NCBI GenBank assembly: GCA_964422805.1
Contig: CAYRCN010000001.1
Span: 1 to 31,651 of the forward strand
DNA length: 31,651 nucleotides
Direction of reading: 5' to 3'
Origin: an uncultured bacterium
GTDB taxonomy: Bacteria > Hydrothermota > UBA3072
Shown here piece after piece: positions 8,243 to 16,471 of the stretch. Position numbers and translations under genes: made by a program. Each line of letters begins with the position of its first letter. The first letter of the stretch is position 1. Under the pieces are notes generated by a model. That model was given only the letters and a program-made list of their open reading frames with translations. It ran no database searches and was not told the origin of the DNA.

Positions 8243-9301
8243 ATGTTTCGCAAGAAAAAATTTATAATTTTATCTTCGTCCATTGTGTTGGTTATATTTC
8301 TTTTGTTCGCTTTCAGCCGCGGGAATGGAAAAAATGAGCAAAATCCTGCTGTAAAAGTAACAAAAGGAAATATCAGGGATGTGGCGGTAGCGCTCGGCAC
8401 TATTGAGGTTAAGTATGAGACGAGCGTGAAATCTACTTTTTCGGGAGTAATAAAAAAAGTGTTTGTCGAAATCGGAGATGTGGTGAAGAAAGGCGATCCT
8501 ATTTTTGAAATAGACCCTGCCCCCACTCCCTTTGAGCTCGCTTCCGTTAGAAAAGAAGTCAAGGTGGGGGAAGTTCGGCTGGAAAACGCGAAAAAGGACA
8601 TCGAGAGGAAAAAGGCTCTTTTCGAAAAAGGTTTGATATCGGATAAGGAATACGAGAATATGCAGCAAGAACTCCAGGAAGAGCAGTCAATTTATGATCT
8701 GGCAAAACAGAGGTTGGATTTAATGGAAAAAGGTAAGGCGAGAGTCGGAGGGACTGCTCTCGACGCTATAATTCGTTCCCCCGTATCCGGAACAATTCTT
8801 TCGAGAGAAGTCAGTATCGGGGATCCCGTCGTGCCGCTTACTTCTTATCAGCCGGGTACAGAACTTATGAGAATTGCAAGACTCCAAGATCTATTATTTA
8901 AAGGAGTTGTTGATGAAATCGATGTCGGAAGACTGGAAGAGGGAATGAAGGCAAAGATAACAGTAGGTGCTATCCCTGATGAAGAAGTTTATGGGATAAT
9001 AGATATTATCGCTCCAAAAGCCCGGAATAAGGAAGGAGCAACAGTCTTTGATCTTGAGATAATAGTTACTGAAAAGGGGAACAAGCCCCTGCGGGTTGGG
9101 TATTCTGCAACCGCTGATATTATTATAGATGAACGAACAGATGTACTTGTAATTCCTGAGGGTGCGGTAAAATTTGAAGAGGGAAAAACATTTGTTTATC
9201 TTGCAAACGGGGAAAAGAGAGAAGTCGAAATCGGATTATCTGACGGATTAAATATAGAAGTTGTTACCGGATTAAAAGAAGGAGATGAAATTAAAAGATG
9301 A
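8243..9301 (+). CDS. Efflux periplasmic adaptor (MacA/HlyD-family membrane fusion protein)
   Basis: 352 aa; N-terminal TM, lipoyl half-motifs (VEIGDVVKKGDPIFEI; IRSPVSGTILSREVSIGD), helical hairpin; AAGGAGG SD. Confidence 0.92.
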   Translation: MFRKKKFIILSSSIVLVIFLLFAFSRGNGKNEQNPAVKVTKGNIRDVAVALGTIEVKYETSVKSTFSGVIKKVFVEIGDVVKKGDPIFEIDPAPTPFELASVRKEVKVGEVRLENAKKDIERKKALFEKGLISDKEYENMQQELQEEQSIYDLAKQRLDLMEKGKARVGGTALDAIIRSPVSGTILSREVSIGDPVVPLTSYQPGTELMRIARLQDLLFKGVVDEIDVGRLEEGMKAKITVGAIPDEEVYGIIDIIAPKARNKEGATVFDLEIIVTEKGNKPLRVGYSATADIIIDERTDVLVIPEGAVKFEEGKTFVYLANGEKREVEIGLSDGLNIEVVTGLKEGDEIKR

Positions 9302-10533
9302 GAAGGGTAATAACTCAATTGGTTCAGGATTTTAGAGCCTACAAGATGAGGTTCCTGCTGGTAATATTCGGCGTCTCATGGGGAACTACCGCCATTATTC
9401 TTAACATGGCTTTCGGGGTCGGAGTCATGCATCAGGTAAAAAAAGGCCTGAGGGGACTGGGAGAACATATAGGAATACTCTGGCCCGGACAAACAAGTAT
9501 CCCATATAAGGGCCTCGGTATAGGCAGAAATATTAGATTTGTTCCGGAAGATGCGGAACTCTTAAAAGAAAGAATTGATGTCATTGAACTAGCCTCTCCA
9601 GAGTATATTCACTGGGGACAGCCGATAAAGTACGGAGAACTGCTCCGACAGGCAAAAGTCTGCGGAGTAAATCCTTCATATGGAATAATGAGGTCTATAG
9701 AAGCCGGGAAAGGGAGATTTCTTAATAAGCTGGATATTGAAAAGAGAAGAAGAGTTATTTTTCTGGGAAACGAAGAAAAAGAAAAAATATTCGGGCAAGA
9801 AGACGCTGTTGGCAAAAGAGTCCTTTTAAACGGCATCCCTTTTACGGTTATCGGCGTAATGAAGAAAAAAATACAGACAAATTCTTACTCCGGAAGCGAT
9901 CAGAATACAGTCTTTATTCCCTACTCGACATTTAAAACAATGTACGGCTGGCTGTACATAAATAATATGGTATATAAACCCATCTCTGCAGGTCTGTCAA
10001 AAGAAGCACAGAAAGAGATTAGCAGGGTTCTTGGAGAAAAATACAAATTCGACCCGGAAGATAAAGAAGCTCTCGGAACATGGGATGTGGCAGAGCAAGA
10101 ACAATTAATGAATAAAATGACCAAGGGGATTGAATTTTTTCTATCTATGGTTGGCGCTATGACTTTGCTTATTGCCGGAGCGGCTATTGCAAATATTATG
10201 TATTTCATAGTGGATGAGAGAACGAGAGAAATAGGAATTAAACGCTCCGTAGGAGCAAAAAAAAGCGATATCCTTCATCAATTCCTCCTGGAATCACTCT
10301 TACTTTCAACAATCGGCGGAATATCCGGACTTCTTTTTAGTTTTTCGATCGTATGGCTCTGCTCTTTTATACCTGAAACGGGCATATTTGAGTTCATGGG
10401 TAAGCCTACCATGTCCTACGAGATACCCATAATAACGGTTATCGTTCTTCTTGTCATTTCGCTTTTCTCTGGATATTTCCCCGCAAAGAAAGCGGCAAAC
10501 CTAAAACCAGTGGAGTGTTTGCGCTATGAGTAA
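9298..10533 (+). CDS. ABC transporter permease (MacB/FtsX type)
   Basis: 411 aa; TM1, periplasmic MacB-PCD region, GIANIMY-like segment and ERTREIGIKRSVGAKK, C-terminal PAKKAANLKPVECLRYE. Confidence 0.92.
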   Translation: MRRVITQLVQDFRAYKMRFLLVIFGVSWGTTAIILNMAFGVGVMHQVKKGLRGLGEHIGILWPGQTSIPYKGLGIGRNIRFVPEDAELLKERIDVIELASPEYIHWGQPIKYGELLRQAKVCGVNPSYGIMRSIEAGKGRFLNKLDIEKRRRVIFLGNEEKEKIFGQEDAVGKRVLLNGIPFTVIGVMKKKIQTNSYSGSDQNTVFIPYSTFKTMYGWLYINNMVYKPISAGLSKEAQKEISRVLGEKYKFDPEDKEALGTWDVAEQEQLMNKMTKGIEFFLSMVGAMTLLIAGAAIANIMYFIVDERTREIGIKRSVGAKKSDILHQFLLESLLLSTIGGISGLLFSFSIVWLCSFIPETGIFEFMGKPTMSYEIPIITVIVLLVISLFSGYFPAKKAANLKPVECLRYE

Positions 10534-11203
10534 GTTACTAATTGAAGCAAAAAATATAAGAAAAGAATACAAAATGGGAGAAGAAAAAGTAGAAGCCATC
10601 AAGAGTATGTCTCTTAAGGTTAAGGAGGGGGAATTTATTTCCATTATAGGACCTTCCGGTTCGGGCAAATCAACTTTACTGCATATTTTGGGGTGTCTTG
10701 ATCTACCTACCAGCGGTGAATATCTGTATAGAGGTAAGGAAATATCGACTTATTCCGACGACCAGCTTTCCGCATTCAGAAACAGAGAGATAGGGTTCGT
10801 GTTCCAGTTTTTTTATTTGCTGCCCCGCGAGAACGTTCTTGAGAATGTCAAGTTACCTTTAATCTATCGTGATACGCCCGAAGAGGATAAGAATGAAATG
10901 GCTATGAAAGCTCTGAGGAAGGTTGGTATGGACAAAAGGAAGAATCATCTTCCGACTGAACTTTCAGGAGGCGAGCGCCAGAGAGTTGCTATCGCAAGGG
11001 CGCTGGTTGGCGACCCGAATCTCATTCTTGCCGACGAACCGACGGGCAACCTGGACACAAAAACGGGAGAATCCATCATATCAATTTTTGAAGAGCTATA
11101 TAAAACCGGAAAAACAATTATAATGATAACCCATGAGAAAGAACTTGCGGAGAAAGCAGAAAAAATAGTCAAAATAAGGGACGGCGAGATCGAAGGAGGT
11201 TGA
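10526..11203 (+). CDS. ABC transporter ATP-binding protein (MacB/LolD family)
   Basis: 225 aa; Walker A GPSGSGKS, signature LSGGERQRV, ADEPTGNLD, H-loop ITHE. Confidence 0.95.
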   Translation: MSKLLIEAKNIRKEYKMGEEKVEAIKSMSLKVKEGEFISIIGPSGSGKSTLLHILGCLDLPTSGEYLYRGKEISTYSDDQLSAFRNREIGFVFQFFYLLPRENVLENVKLPLIYRDTPEEDKNEMAMKALRKVGMDKRKNHLPTELSGGERQRVAIARALVGDPNLILADEPTGNLDTKTGESIISIFEELYKTGKTIIMITHEKELAEKAEKIVKIRDGEIEGG

Positions 11204-11204
11204 T

Positions 11205-12434
11205 GTGATTTTTCTATTGTTGCTGGCATTTAATTTAACATTAGAAGATGCGATAGCAATGGGATTGAAAGAAAGCCCGATATATCTAAAAGCCAAAAAA
11301 AGCTTTATAATTGAGCAAAAAACGAATTCATTCGTCTACTCCGAACTCTTACCTGAGATAAACGGAAGTTACAGCTGGATTAAAACCCAAAGCGAAACCG
11401 AGGGAGTAACTTTTTTTGACACAACCAGCGGATACAGTCTTTCTGCCAGCTGGGAGCTGGGTCCCGGAGAATTATTTAATTCTTTCGGTACTCATTACAG
11501 AAACAGTTCAGCTTATTATTCCTTTGTTGAGGTTCAAAATAGCGTAATATACGATATTGCTTTTCAATATCTCAAAACATTGATGATGCAGAAATTACTT
11601 GAAAGCAGAAAGGCGGGAGTGGAGAGAACAGAAAAGAATTTAAACTTGATAGAAGAGAAGAAAGCGCTTGGTCTGGCTTCGAACGCTGAAGTTCTAAAAG
11701 CGAAGGTCGATTACTTCCAATCGAAGATAAATCTACTTGAAACGAAAAAACAGGCGAGGGTTTCCGCCTTGATGCTAAACAATATTTTAGGCTTAACAGC
11801 AAGGGATTCGCTGGAGCTTGAAGAACCTCAGGTTGAATTTGAAATTCCCTCAAAAGACTCGATTCAATTCATGGCAATGGGAACTGACCCTCTATATAAT
11901 AAATATAAGTCGGAATACAGTGCCGCAAAATACGATCTATTAGGAGGTGCAACGGAGGATCTCTTTTCTGTTTCGATCTTCACGGATTTCCAGCATGCAG
12001 GAGAAGAATTCCCAAGTTCCTCTGTTTTAAGGGATAATTATGATTACTCGATTGGATTATCTATAACTGTACCAATATTTACCGGTTTTTCGAGATTTAA
12101 CAAATACACAATCAACAGACTGAAAAAGGATTTAGCAGATATAAATTTGCGGGATAGAGAGAGAGAACTTACCGTTGCGGTAGAAGATGAATATTTAAGC
12201 TATCGAGAAACAGTAGAAAAACTTGATCTTGCCGAAGCAACTCTTGAATTCGCCCGCGAAAGTCATGATGCCACCAACGAGAGATACACCCTTGGAGAAG
12301 CCTCAGTGATAGAATTTCTGGAAGCAGAAGAAGATTTGCTTGAAGCAGAGTACTCAATGACACAGGCCCGGTTCGACTGGTATTTATCCGTGTATAAGAT
12401 TAAAAGATTAACAGGAATATTAACAAAAGAATAA
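11205..12434 (+). CDS. TolC-family outer membrane efflux protein
   Basis: 409 aa; LTLEDAI start of the OEP fold, repeated helical halves, ERYTLGEASVIEFLEAE; GTG start with AAGGAGGT SD. Confidence 0.88.
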   Translation: MIFLLLLAFNLTLEDAIAMGLKESPIYLKAKKSFIIEQKTNSFVYSELLPEINGSYSWIKTQSETEGVTFFDTTSGYSLSASWELGPGELFNSFGTHYRNSSAYYSFVEVQNSVIYDIAFQYLKTLMMQKLLESRKAGVERTEKNLNLIEEKKALGLASNAEVLKAKVDYFQSKINLLETKKQARVSALMLNNILGLTARDSLELEEPQVEFEIPSKDSIQFMAMGTDPLYNKYKSEYSAAKYDLLGGATEDLFSVSIFTDFQHAGEEFPSSSVLRDNYDYSIGLSITVPIFTGFSRFNKYTINRLKKDLADINLRDRERELTVAVEDEYLSYRETVEKLDLAEATLEFARESHDATNERYTLGEASVIEFLEAEEDLLEAEYSMTQARFDWYLSVYKIKRLTGILTKE

Positions 12435-12452
12435 GAAGGTAAGGAGGAAGAA

Positions 12453-13391
12453 ATGAAAACAGGATTAAAAAAAGAGCCTCTTATGTTTCTAGCTCTACTG
12501 CTTGCTGCGGCTCCCTTAAGTGTAAAATGCTGTCACAGATATGAAATGGAGTTTAGAAAAACTTACGAAGTAAAACCAGGAACCAAAATCACGGTATCCA
12601 ACAGTAACGGAAAAATCGAGATAGAGAAATGGGATAGAAAAGAGGTGGAAGTTTTTGCCTCTATTGGCTCAGATAAAAGTATGGAAGAATTAACTAAAGC
12701 TAAAATCGAGGTTTCCTTAGACGAAAACATGGAAATCGCGACGATTTATTCGGGGGAAGACAAAAAAGAATCGAAGAAAAAGGAGAAAGACTTTGGCGTC
12801 TGGGATTTTATCAAATGTTTAGTGAAGGGCGAATATTCGGGAAATAAAATTAACGTAGACTACGAAATCAAGGTCCCGGATTATGTTGTTGTTTCTGAGG
12901 TGAGAACTTCAAATGGGGGAATAGATTTACAGGGAACAAAAGGACCTTCAGAGTTGATCACAACTAATGGTAAAATTGAAGTTGAAAACGTCGAGGGTGA
13001 CATAGAAGCAAAAAGCACTAATGGGAAAATAAAAATTGAGAACGTAAATGGTTTCGTGTCAGGGAGAACAACAAACGGCAAAATTGAAGTAAAAAGCGAA
13101 GGAATAAAAGATTTGACAACAACAAACGGTGGCATTGAAGCGGAAATGAAGAGTATAAAAGAAAACATCAAAATCAGAACAACAAACGGCTCAATCAAAC
13201 TCGGCTTGCCTTCTTCTCTTAATGCAATTCTGGAATTAAGCACCACTAATGGCGGAATAGATTTAAACGACATTACCCTGGAGGTTACCTCAAAGCATAA
13301 GAATAAATACATTAAAGGCAAGATGGGGAAAGGCGGACCGGAAATAAATGCGAGCACCACAAACGGAGGAATAAAATTAAGAAAATTGTAA
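12453..13391 (+). CDS. DUF4097-family beta-strand repeat (adhesin-like) exported protein
   Basis: 312 aa; N-terminal signal; 7-8 (S/T)TNG(K/G/S)I repeats; ends INASTTNGGIKLRKL. Confidence 0.8.
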   Translation: MKTGLKKEPLMFLALLLAAAPLSVKCCHRYEMEFRKTYEVKPGTKITVSNSNGKIEIEKWDRKEVEVFASIGSDKSMEELTKAKIEVSLDENMEIATIYSGEDKKESKKKEKDFGVWDFIKCLVKGEYSGNKINVDYEIKVPDYVVVSEVRTSNGGIDLQGTKGPSELITTNGKIEVENVEGDIEAKSTNGKIKIENVNGFVSGRTTNGKIEVKSEGIKDLTTTNGGIEAEMKSIKENIKIRTTNGSIKLGLPSSLNAILELSTTNGGIDLNDITLEVTSKHKNKYIKGKMGKGGPEINASTTNGGIKLRKL

Positions 13392-13536
13392 AAAAGAAGA
13401 TAGGAGTCAAAAAAACTATTTAAATAGAAAAATGCAAAACGGCCAAATTGCCCTGCCTATACCTCTTTCTTTTTTCCTGTTCGACTTTTTTTAATCTAAG
13501 CGTTTGACTTCGATTCGAAAAATTTAAAAAACACCC

Positions 13537-13564
13537 TTGACAAATTCTACATTTGTAGTACAGT
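13537..13564 (+). promoter_or_regulatory. Sigma70-type promoter for the DUF5916-blaI-blaR' unit (TTGACA-16-TACAGT)
   Basis: TTGACA at 13537-13542 and TACAGT at 13559-13564; overlapped by the BlaI operator. Confidence 0.65.
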
Positions 13565-13581
13565 ATACTACAAATGTAGAA
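13545..13581. promoter_or_regulatory. Double BlaI/MecI/CopY operator: 16-bp perfect inverted repeat containing two TACA-NN-TGTA boxes
   Basis: TTCTACATTTGTAGTA-cagta-TACTACAAATGTAGAA; boxes at 13548-13557 and 13569-13578, 21 bp apart. Confidence 0.85.
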
Positions 13582-13598
13582 GAAAAACAGGAGGTAGT

Positions 13599-15872
13599 TT
13601 GAAAGATTCCATTGTGGTTAAGTGTAAGAGTTTATTTTTTGCAAAGCTTTCCCGGTTAAGAATTTTCGTTTTGTCCATGATGTTTGCTGCCTGGTTTGTA
13701 TCTGCTTCTAACGGGGAAGCCTCGAATGACGAGAAAATTCCTTGCAGGGTTCCCAGGGTCAATTCGGAAGTAAGTGTAGACGGTTATCTTGACGAAGAAG
13801 TATGGGATCAGGCAGTTAAAATTGATGCGAATGTCGAGGTTAGTCCCGGAGAGAATATTCCCGCTCCTGTCAAAACCGAAGTATATATTGCTTACGACAA
13901 CTCCAATATATATGTTGCGTTCAAAGCCCATGACCCTGACCCCTCGCAAATCAGAGCTAATTTATGTGATAGGGATAATATTTGGGATGATGACTGGGTT
14001 CTTATTCTGTTCGATACCTTCAACGACGAGAGTAGATGCTATGATTTTGGGTGCAATCCGCTGGGGATTCAGGCAGATATAATTGAAAGCACCTCGGGCG
14101 GAGGAGGTTCTTGGGATGCTATCTGGGAATCTGATGGGCGCATTACTGAAGAAGGGTATATAGTTGAGATGGCTATACCGTTCAGTTCTTTAAAATTTCC
14201 CCGCAAAGAAGGTGATCAGATATGGGGCTTTGATGCGGTGAGAAGCTATCCCCGAAACGTACGACATCATATAGGCGCATTTCCAAGAGACAGAAATAAC
14301 AATTGTTATTTCTGCCAATTGGAAAAAATGACGGGTTTTAACGATGTAATACCGGGAAGAGACATTGAACTTGTTCCTACGTTTACTTCCCTTGTTAAGC
14401 AAGAAAGAGAAAATTGGTCTTCGGGACCATTTGGTACGGAAGATTTCTATGGAATTGGCCTCACTTCGAGCTGGGGGCTCACTACCAATCTTAAGCTGAG
14501 CGCAACAATTAATCCCGATTTCTCGACCATTGAATCTGACGTAATACAAGTAGATATAAATAATCCGTTCGAACTATGGTATCCTGAAAAACGTCCGTTT
14601 TTTCTCGAAGGAGACGATTTTTTTGAAACAAGTATCGATGCAGTCCATACAAGAATTTTAGCCGATCCAAATGTTGGAGTCAAATTGATCGGGAAAGAAG
14701 GTAAAAACACGATAGGTTTTTTTTCTGCTCAGGATGCTGTAACAAACTTAGTTATCCCCTCTCTTGAAGGGTCTACTTCTGATACCATAGAGGGGAAATC
14801 TTATGGTACGGTTATTAGATACCTGCGGGACTTCGGGCAGTCATCGAATATAGGCTTACTAATAACCGACAGAGAAGGAGGGAATTATTACAATCGGATT
14901 CTGGGGCTTGATGGCATCTTACGTATCACAAAAAGTGATCACATTAGATGGCAAGTACTTGGTTCAAGGACCTTATATCCGGATGATGTTGCATCGCAAC
15001 ACGAGCAATCTACCGGTGCATTCGGAGGAAATGGCGTTTCTGGATATTATTCTCATGATAACAAAAGTTATAATTTCTTCGGAATATATGAACAAATGAG
15101 TCCGGATTTCCGCGCAGATCTTGGTTTCGAAAATCAAACGGGGTACAGATATGGCGAAGTGGGAGGAAATTACATATGGAGAGCGGGACCGGAGCACTGG
15201 TTTACATGGATAAATATTTACCTTGGCGCAGATTTGGGAAAAGATTACAGCGGCAACACAGCGCGTAAAGAACTAAAAGCCAATGTTAACTACAACGGTC
15301 CTCTTCAGTCTTACTGTGGTGTTTATGGGCAGCTCTCAAAAGACCGCTATGAGGAACAAGAATTTAAAACAAGTTATTTGAATTATTGGATTGGGGGACA
15401 ACCTGCGAAATGGTGCAGTTTCAACTTATGGAGTGTATTCGGCGACAGAATAGATTATGACAATACTCGTCCAGGGAAAGGGTTGCAGCTGGGCGTCAGC
15501 ACGACTTTTAAAATCGGATCTCGCTTGTCGGTCAGCCTCGACCATTATTATGAACATTTAGATGTAAACGAAGGGAGGCTTTACACTGCCAACAGGGAAT
15601 ATATAAAATTAATGTATCATTTCAATGAGAGAATCTTTATACGAACGATTTTTCAATTTGCCGACTATAATAAAGACCCCGACCTTTACATCGATTATGT
15701 AGAACAAGAAGAACAGGAACTTCTAAGCCAGATTCTTCTTTCATATAAAATTAATCCGCATACCGCCTTATATTTAGGATATACAGATAATTATTACGGA
15801 GATTACGATACAGATATAATACAAACCGATAGAAGTCTTTTCGCAAAGATCGGCTACGCTTGGATGTTTTAG
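13599..15872 (+). CDS. CBM9/DOMON-like sugar-binding domain plus DUF5916 outer-membrane beta-barrel protein
   Basis: 757 aa; VDGYLDEEVW, TEVYIAYD..IYVAF, NPDFSTIESD, LWYPEKRPFFLEG; amphipathic C-terminal strands ending KIGYAWMF; TTG start with AGGAGG. Family recognised by eye. Confidence 0.72.
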   Translation: MKDSIVVKCKSLFFAKLSRLRIFVLSMMFAAWFVSASNGEASNDEKIPCRVPRVNSEVSVDGYLDEEVWDQAVKIDANVEVSPGENIPAPVKTEVYIAYDNSNIYVAFKAHDPDPSQIRANLCDRDNIWDDDWVLILFDTFNDESRCYDFGCNPLGIQADIIESTSGGGGSWDAIWESDGRITEEGYIVEMAIPFSSLKFPRKEGDQIWGFDAVRSYPRNVRHHIGAFPRDRNNNCYFCQLEKMTGFNDVIPGRDIELVPTFTSLVKQERENWSSGPFGTEDFYGIGLTSSWGLTTNLKLSATINPDFSTIESDVIQVDINNPFELWYPEKRPFFLEGDDFFETSIDAVHTRILADPNVGVKLIGKEGKNTIGFFSAQDAVTNLVIPSLEGSTSDTIEGKSYGTVIRYLRDFGQSSNIGLLITDREGGNYYNRILGLDGILRITKSDHIRWQVLGSRTLYPDDVASQHEQSTGAFGGNGVSGYYSHDNKSYNFFGIYEQMSPDFRADLGFENQTGYRYGEVGGNYIWRAGPEHWFTWINIYLGADLGKDYSGNTARKELKANVNYNGPLQSYCGVYGQLSKDRYEEQEFKTSYLNYWIGGQPAKWCSFNLWSVFGDRIDYDNTRPGKGLQLGVSTTFKIGSRLSVSLDHYYEHLDVNEGRLYTANREYIKLMYHFNERIFIRTIFQFADYNKDPDLYIDYVEQEEQELLSQILLSYKINPHTALYLGYTDNYYGDYDTDIIQTDRSLFAKIGYAWMF

Positions 15873-15889
15873 TATAAAAAGGAGGGCAT

Positions 15890-16267
15890 ACGGGTTTAAC
15901 AAAAGCCGAATGGCAAATTATGAATGCTTTATGGAAAAATTACCCGGCATCTGTCAGGGATGTAATCGGGCATCTTGATGGAGATGTGGATTGGGCATAT
16001 ACGACAGTCAAGACAATGCTGGACAGGTTGGTTATAAAGGGAATACTTAAAGTGAACAAAAACCGTAACGTGAGCATCTACGAACCAATCGTTTCTCAGG
16101 AAAAAACGCGTCAGGCAGCTATAAAATCTTTTGTCAACCAGGCTTTCGACGGGGCAATAGGCACTTTAATGCATTATATCGTTGCCGAAGAAGAGCTATC
16201 AAAAAAAGAAAGAGAAGAATTGGTACGTATTCTAAAAGAGGAAGAAAAAAATGATCGAACAAATTAA
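15890..16267 (+). CDS. blaI: BlaI/MecI/CopY family repressor (probable start ACG 15890; first ATG 15920)
   Basis: LTKAEWQIMNALW, WAYTTVKTMLDRLVIKG, FVNQAFDGAIGTLMHY..EELS. The conserved N-terminal helix lies upstream of the first ATG. Confidence 0.88.
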   Translation, partial: TGLTKAEWQIMNALWKNYPASVRDVIGHLDGDVDWAYTTVKTMLDRLVIKGILKVNKNRNVSIYEPIVSQEKTRQAAIKSFVNQAFDGAIGTLMHYIVAEEELSKKEREELVRILKEEEKNDRTN

Positions 16268-16409
16268 TGCACTAAGTATAGCCTGGTGGAGCTGGATGAG
16301 TGGAATGTTTTGGCAGGTAAGCCTTCTTATAATCCTCATAAGCGGTATCGGCTTACTCCTACGCAGGTGGGTATGGCCTCAGGTTGGGTATGCTTTGTGG
16401 TTCAATTAA
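16251..16409 (+). pseudogene. 5' remnant of a BlaR1/M56-family sensor-protease
   Basis: 52 codons: MIEQINALSIAWWSWMSGMFWQVSLLIILISGIGLLLRRWVWPQVGYALWFN*. Overlaps the blaI end by 17 nt. Matches the first TM/RYALW region of M56 proteins; no HExxH. Confidence 0.75.
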
Positions 16410-16429
16410 TTTTTGTAGTGGGGAAGGGA

Positions 16430-16471
16430 TTCTGTATTCTGTCTTCTAAATTCTTAGTTCTATTTTCTATA
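16430..16471. repeat. Six TTCT-phased heptamers
   Basis: ttctgta ttctgtc ttctaaa ttcttag ttctatt ttctata; the last unit contains the aldolase stop codon. Confidence 0.85.

Noticed and set aside
12453-12536. Lipoprotein signal in the DUF4097 protein (..LSVKCC)
   Set aside because: Lys at -1 violates the lipobox; treated as an ordinary signal.
12960-13380. DNA repeats such as ACAACAAACGG in the DUF4097 gene as DGR or VNTR
   Set aside because: Explained by the TTNG protein repeats; no RT gene or template/variable repeat pair.
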